DNA from: Bacillota bacterium
Lineage (GTDB): Bacteria; Bacillota_I; Bacilli_A; RF39; UBA660
DNA: 64,000 nucleotides
NCBI GenBank assembly: GCA_015059425.1
Contig: SVAM01000009.1
Location: 3,543 to 67,542 of the forward strand
Direction: 5' to 3'
A model generated the notes under the pieces. The model did no database searches, was not told the origin of the DNA, and worked only from the letters and a program-made list of their open reading frames with translations. A program made the translations under genes and the position numbers. Positions 59,228 through 64,000 of this stretch are shown here, one piece after another. Positions within the stretch are counted from its first letter, which is position 1, and the number at the start of each line of letters is the position of its first letter.

Positions 59228-60322
59228 ATGAAAAGAGTACATATATTATGGTTAATCTTAATACTTTCTTTTATTCTTTTTTTAATTTTTATATTTTTTC
59301 CAAAGAATTATACTCAAGAATATAAAATAAATGAGGTAAAAATAAAAGAGAGTTATAATAAAAAAGATGGAATCTATTATTTTACGTTTATCTACAAAGA
59401 CATAACTTTGGATTATTTAATAGAGTCAAAATATATACATAAAAGAACATTTATTAATAATATTGAAATAAAAAAAGATGAAGAAGGTAATTTTTGTTTA
59501 ATTCCTAAAGGAGAAGAATTAAAATTTATTCCATTATGCTATCAAGATAAAGAAATAATACATTATAGTTTAATAAACGAGACATTAAAAAAAGAGTTAT
59601 CAAAAGATTTATTTAAAGATAGTAAGTTAATAGGTAATTTTCAAGATATAGAAATATATAATATAGACTATACATATTTAATATGGCATTATGATGGTTT
59701 TTATTATATAAAAAATAATGAAAAGAAAAAAATAGATTTGTTTGAAAAAGAATTATATAGTATTAATTTAGTGGGATACACAAAAGATTACTTAGTAATC
59801 GCTGATTATGATTCCAATTATACATTTAATAACTTATATACTTTAAATATTAAAAACGGGAACTTAAAAAAATATGGATTAGATAGGAATATATATTTTG
59901 ATAGTTATTATATTGGTTATGTTAAAAACAAATTATATATTATAGATAACAAAGAAAGTTTAATGTATGAATTTAATGCTAAAAATGGCGATATTGATAA
60001 AATAGAAAGTAAAGTTTACAAAAAAGGTAAATGGGAAAGAGCAAGCATTAAAACATTAATAAACAAAAAACAAGAATTTGATTATAATAGCAATTACAAA
60101 TACGAGTTAAAAGATAATAATTTATATATGAATTATAGTAATAAAAATAATAAAGTATTAATATCAAGAAATGTAAAAGATGTAGTAAGAATTAAAGATA
60201 AAGACATATTCTATATAAAGGATGATATTTTATATCATTTTAATAATAATTTAGGTGAAGAAAAATTATTAAGTTACTATGAATGGAATTTCAATTATGA
60301 AAATATAATATATATTAATTAA
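59228..60322 (+). CDS. hypothetical N-terminally anchored protein
   Basis: N-terminal TM helix; no recognisable motifs. Confidence 0.45.
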   Translation: MKRVHILWLILILSFILFLIFIFFPKNYTQEYKINEVKIKESYNKKDGIYYFTFIYKDITLDYLIESKYIHKRTFINNIEIKKDEEGNFCLIPKGEELKFIPLCYQDKEIIHYSLINETLKKELSKDLFKDSKLIGNFQDIEIYNIDYTYLIWHYDGFYYIKNNEKKKIDLFEKELYSINLVGYTKDYLVIADYDSNYTFNNLYTLNIKNGNLKKYGLDRNIYFDSYYIGYVKNKLYIIDNKESLMYEFNAKNGDIDKIESKVYKKGKWERASIKTLINKKQEFDYNSNYKYELKDNNLYMNYSNKNNKVLISRNVKDVVRIKDKDIFYIKDDILYHFNNNLGEEKLLSYYEWNFNYENIIYIN

Positions 60323-60356
60323 CCAAATTAGACATTTATCATATCTTATACTAGGA

Positions 60357-60680
60357 GTGATAAAGTTGAACGAAACAAATACTTATTTTACATATTATAC
60401 TATTGAAAAAGGGGATAATTTATATGCAATATCTAAAAAGTATAATATTAACCCAAAGCTACTTGCGGCCATAAATGGTATAAAAGATAATGAATATATT
60501 TATCCTGGCCAAGAAATAATGATACCAAAGAGTGGCTATAGTTATTATATAACTGGTGAAGGAGATACATTAAGTGGTGTTGCTGGAGCATTTAGAACCA
60601 ATACTGAGAATTTAGCAAGACTTAATAATACAATATATTTATTACCAGAACAAATACTAGTCTATAAAGATGGCAGATAA
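60357..60680 (+). CDS. tandem LysM-domain protein
   Basis: Two LysM repeats (YTIEKGDNLYAISKKYNI...; YYITGEGDTLSGVAGAF...). Confidence 0.7.
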   Translation: MIKLNETNTYFTYYTIEKGDNLYAISKKYNINPKLLAAINGIKDNEYIYPGQEIMIPKSGYSYYITGEGDTLSGVAGAFRTNTENLARLNNTIYLLPEQILVYKDGR

Positions 60681-60751
60681 TCTTTATAGACTTTTTTTCT
60701 TGATATAAAATAATTAATAATATATAATAAATCCGAGAAAGAAGGATTAGA

Positions 60752-61213
60752 ATGTTATTTATAAATTATAGTAATGATATATATTTTTTTATAAAAAAAA
60801 GTTTAAAACTTCAAGGCTTTAATGACATAAGAGAAGTACCAATCGATACTTTAAAAGAAACAATCAGAAAATATATAATGTTTAAACTAAGAAATAAAGA
60901 TGAAAAAATTTATGAACAGGATAATATAGATTTAGATATATTATTTCAAAAATATGAGAATTATATAGAAAAAAGAGATAAACCTATAATTATGGGTAAT
61001 TTCATTCATTGCATATTATCATACATTTCTTTAATTCAAGGTTGGGAAATAGTTTGGGAAATTGATGATAAACAAGACGAACCAATATTTAAATGCAATT
61101 TTGAACCTGGAAAAATTGATCGCTTAGTTACTAAAGAAAATATAAACTACCTAGCAACTTTTAACTTTTGCTTAGAAGAAGCGAGAAAATTAAAAGAAGA
61201 AAGAACAAGATAA
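60752..61213 (+). CDS. hypothetical protein
   Basis: 153 aa ORF. Confidence 0.4.
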   Translation: MLFINYSNDIYFFIKKSLKLQGFNDIREVPIDTLKETIRKYIMFKLRNKDEKIYEQDNIDLDILFQKYENYIEKRDKPIIMGNFIHCILSYISLIQGWEIVWEIDDKQDEPIFKCNFEPGKIDRLVTKENINYLATFNFCLEEARKLKEERTR

Positions 61214-62094
61214 TGGTAACTATAGTAAAAAATATTGAAGAAGCAGATTATGTAACACATGCTGGAAACTTTCATGCTGATGATGTATTAGGGACAGTTT
61301 TTTTAGAAAAGTTATATGATAATGTTAAATTAATAAGATTAAAAGAATATAAAGATGATGGTAGAAAAATAGCTTATGATATAGGATTAGGAAAATTTGA
61401 TCATCATCAAGCTGGATATAACAAAAAAAGAGAAAATGGAATACATTATTGTGGATTTGGTTTATTATGGCAAGAATATGGTAGAGATTATCTAAAGAAA
61501 ATAAATGTAGATGATATCGAAAAAACATTTAAAGTATTTGATTACTTATTAGTAAATATGATAGATGCTTTTGATAATGGGGAGTATAGTATTAATAGCG
61601 ATTTTAATATTTATACAGTTTCAGGTTTAATAGAATTATTTAGAGCAAAATTTGATGAAGATAAAGATGAGAATGAATGTTTTTTAGAAGCAGTTAAATT
61701 TGGAAGCATAATTTTTGATTTAGTTATTAAAGAAGCAATAAGCAAAGTTAAACAAATAAATATAATTAAAGATAAGGCTAAAAACGTAAAAGATAAGATT
61801 TTGATACTTGATGAATTTGTACCTTATGAATATGCCATATTTAAACTTAACTTAGAAGTTGATTTTGTGGTGTACCCATCTACTAGAGGAGGCTATGCTG
61901 CACATACTGTTTCAACTTACTATAAAGGTTTTACACCTAGAGTACCTTTTAATAAAAATTGGGCTGGATTAAGAGATGAAGAATTACAAAAAGTAAGTGG
62001 AATAAAAACTGCTAAATTTTGTCACAATAAACTATTTTTAGTCACTGCTGAAACTAAAGAAGATGTATTAAAATTAATTTATTTATCAAAATAA
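61213..62094 (+). CDS. MYG1/UPF0160-family metal-dependent hydrolase
   Basis: HAGNFHADDVLG...GKFDHHQ. Start overlaps the upstream stop (taATGg). Confidence 0.7.
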   Translation: MVTIVKNIEEADYVTHAGNFHADDVLGTVFLEKLYDNVKLIRLKEYKDDGRKIAYDIGLGKFDHHQAGYNKKRENGIHYCGFGLLWQEYGRDYLKKINVDDIEKTFKVFDYLLVNMIDAFDNGEYSINSDFNIYTVSGLIELFRAKFDEDKDENECFLEAVKFGSIIFDLVIKEAISKVKQINIIKDKAKNVKDKILILDEFVPYEYAIFKLNLEVDFVVYPSTRGGYAAHTVSTYYKGFTPRVPFNKNWAGLRDEELQKVSGIKTAKFCHNKLFLVTAETKEDVLKLIYLSK

Positions 62095-62138
62095 AAAATG
62101 CATGTTATCATGCACTTAAATATAAAGAAAATGACCTC

Positions 62139-62345
62139 TTAATGATGGTCATTTTCTATATGAGAGAATAATAAGAAAATATTTATTATTCCGCAAACAC
62201 CAACAATAGAGTAAATAATTCTTTCAATTACATTTGAATTTTGAAATAAGCTAGCAACTAAATTGAAATCAAAGAATCCAATTAATCCCCAGTTCAAAGC
62301 TCCAATAATTGTAAAAATTAATGCTACTTTTTGTAATGTTTCCAT
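62139..62345 (-). CDS. DUF378-family small membrane protein
   Basis: LIFTIIGALNWGLIGFFDFNLV. Confidence 0.65.
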   Translation of the reverse strand: METLQKVALIFTIIGALNWGLIGFFDFNLVASLFQNSNVIERIIYSIVGVCGIINIFLLFSHIENDHH

Positions 62346-62471
62346 TTAATCACACCCTTTGCTATTATAATACACTAAATATTAAAAATTATACGCTTAA
62401 AAAATAATTTAAATAATAAAGAATAATTTAGATAATAAACAATATATTTAAATTAGAAAAGGAAGTGTGTT

Positions 62472-63602
62472 ATGAAAAGAATAGCTATATTAGCTATAAG
62501 TTTATTATTAGTATTAACAGGATGTGGTAAAAAAACACCAGAAGATTTAGTAAGCAAATTTGAAAAGAATGTTAAGGGAGCTAAATCATATGTTGTAAAG
62601 GGTAATATGGAAATATTAAGTAACGAAGAAACATATACTTATAGTTTAGAAGCAAATTATTTAAAAGATAATTATTATAAGGTAACATTAGTTAACCAAA
62701 CAAACAACCATGAACAAATAATACTTAAGAATAAAGATGGTGTATATGTAGTAACACCAGCACTAAACAAAAGTTTTAAATTTCAAAGTGAATGGCCAGA
62801 TAATAGCAGCCAGTCTTATATATTATCTTCCTTAGTAAATGACATAAAAAATGATAAAAAAATGAGTATTGAAGAAAAAAATAAAGGATATATTTTAAAA
62901 ACTAAAGTAAATTACCCCAATAACAATAACTTAAGTTACCAAAAAATATATTTTGATAAAGACATGAACTTAGAAAAAGTTGAAGTATATAATAAAGAAG
63001 ATATAGTAAATATTAAAGTAATGTTTTCAGCGATAAATTTAAAAGCAGGGTTAGAAGAAAAGGATTTTGCTTTAGAAGATTTAATTGATATAAATAATGA
63101 ACAAGAAAATAATAATGAAAGTGAAAATAAAAATGAACAAGAAAACAATAAAGAAACAAAAGATAAAGAAACATGCGATACTGATGTATGCGATACAAAT
63201 GATAATGAAGAAACTTGTGAAAATGAAGAATGCGATACTAAAACAAGCAATATTTTAAATAATATTATTTATCCTTTATACATACCTAGCGAAACATATT
63301 TATCTAATAGCGAAAAAATAGATACTGAAGAAGGAAATAGAGTTATTCTTACATTTGCTGGTGATAAAAATTTTGTTTTGATCGAAGAAGTAGCAAATAT
63401 TTCAGATGAATTTGAAATAATACCTGTATATGGGGAACCAGTAATGCTAGGAGATACAATCGCAGCTAAGAGCGCTAACTCAATGTATTGGACAAGTGAG
63501 GGATTATCATATTACTTGACAAGCAGCGACTTATCAACAGAAGAAATGGTTACAATTGCTGAAAGTTTAGGAAATACAAAGCTAGTTTTGGGAAGCAAAT
63601 AA
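62472..63602 (+). CDS. lipoprotein with acidic Cys-containing repeat insert
   Basis: Lipobox LLVLTGC. Insert ...ETCDTDVCDTNDNEETCENEECDTK. Confidence 0.6.
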   Translation: MKRIAILAISLLLVLTGCGKKTPEDLVSKFEKNVKGAKSYVVKGNMEILSNEETYTYSLEANYLKDNYYKVTLVNQTNNHEQIILKNKDGVYVVTPALNKSFKFQSEWPDNSSQSYILSSLVNDIKNDKKMSIEEKNKGYILKTKVNYPNNNNLSYQKIYFDKDMNLEKVEVYNKEDIVNIKVMFSAINLKAGLEEKDFALEDLIDINNEQENNNESENKNEQENNKETKDKETCDTDVCDTNDNEETCENEECDTKTSNILNNIIYPLYIPSETYLSNSEKIDTEEGNRVILTFAGDKNFVLIEEVANISDEFEIIPVYGEPVMLGDTIAAKSANSMYWTSEGLSYYLTSSDLSTEEMVTIAESLGNTKLVLGSK

Positions 63603-63676
63603 TGCTTTCCTTTTTTTATTTGCATTTTAAAAAAATATGTGTTAATATATAAAATCTAAAAACGGAGGGGAAATTT

Positions 63677-64000
63677 ATGAACGTAAATTTATGTGACATT
63701 TTAGGAAATGAAATTAAAGATTTAATAAAATTAGTAAAAACTGAAACTATAAAAAGTACAACTATATCATCATTCAAAATGAATGAATATAATTTTTCTA
63801 ACAATGGCCAAAGAATTAATGCTTATACATTAATACCTGGAATGGAAGAATGTATATTAATTGAGTTTACTTCTTTTGAAGTTGGTAACAGAGTTATCAT
63901 GATAAAAGATAGATTTTTTTCAGAAATATCAAAAGAAACAATTGAATTATTAAAAACTAGAAATGATAAAATGGAATTAAATGAAAATAAGAGTGATGAG
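63677..64000 (+). CDS. hypothetical protein (3' end outside window)
   Basis: Open frame from the ATG at 63677 to the window edge. Confidence 0.4.
   Translation, partial: MNVNLCDILGNEIKDLIKLVKTETIKSTTISSFKMNEYNFSNNGQRINAYTLIPGMEECILIEFTSFEVGNRVIMIKDRFFSEISKETIELLKTRNDKMELNENKSDE

Noticed and set aside
62936-63250. Two minus-strand ORFs (104 and 61 aa) with SLS/FLF repeats.
   Set aside because: They are mirror images of the repetitive acidic/Cys insert of the plus-strand lipoprotein gene, so they are artefacts of tandem DNA repeats.
1-64000. Search for CRISPR arrays (regular 28-37 bp direct repeats with unique spacers), especially near the tandem-HEPN gene and the retron.
   Set aside because: No periodic repeat-spacer structure was found anywhere. 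The only short repeats are the X/Y/Z pairs and GATC promoter repeats described in findings.

Overview
This is a low-GC (about 27% GC), Clostridium-like Firmicute chromosome segment. Only the ORF track, motif reading and manual repeat inspection were available; no database search was run. Housekeeping genes (uvrB, ltaS-like, lgt, trxB-like, an LCP protein, recG) flank a cohesin/dockerin surface-protein pair. Between recG (ends 15993) and a hybrid two-component system (about 33.9-36.4 kb) lies an accessory island of roughly 14-18 kb. It is bounded by three families of short direct repeats and contains phage remnants (HNH endonuclease pseudogene, gene fragments). It carries a Sau3AI-type GATC restriction-modification pair (R.Sau3AI-like endonuclease plus 412-aa C5-methyltransferase). 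It also carries several uncharacterised candidate defence modules. The first is a tightly coupled 4-gene operon with an HSP90/MORC-type GHKL ATPase and a sigma70-region-4/alpha-CTD-like protein. The others are a PD-(D/E)xK nuclease with a small membrane partner, a protein with a HEPN-like Rx4HG motif, a Fic protein, and a 611-aa protein with two RNxxxH/RDxxxH HEPN-like motifs. The second half of the window is the oriC-proximal core (soj-spo0J-DUF951-abgT ... ychF). A compact retron is inserted there: a consensus promoter, an msr/msd-like ncRNA with 9-nt a1/a2 inverted repeats, and a 313-aa reverse transcriptase, with no obvious adjacent effector. Other notable items: a truncated Rel/SpoT homologue preceded by a Cys-cluster leader peptide plus terminator (attenuator-like); an MccF-like S66 / 2x S51 / SDR / nitroreductase cluster; tRNA-Gly(UCC); a P-type Ca-ATPase; and a small NPQTG-sorted surface protein. 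No CRISPR array was seen.
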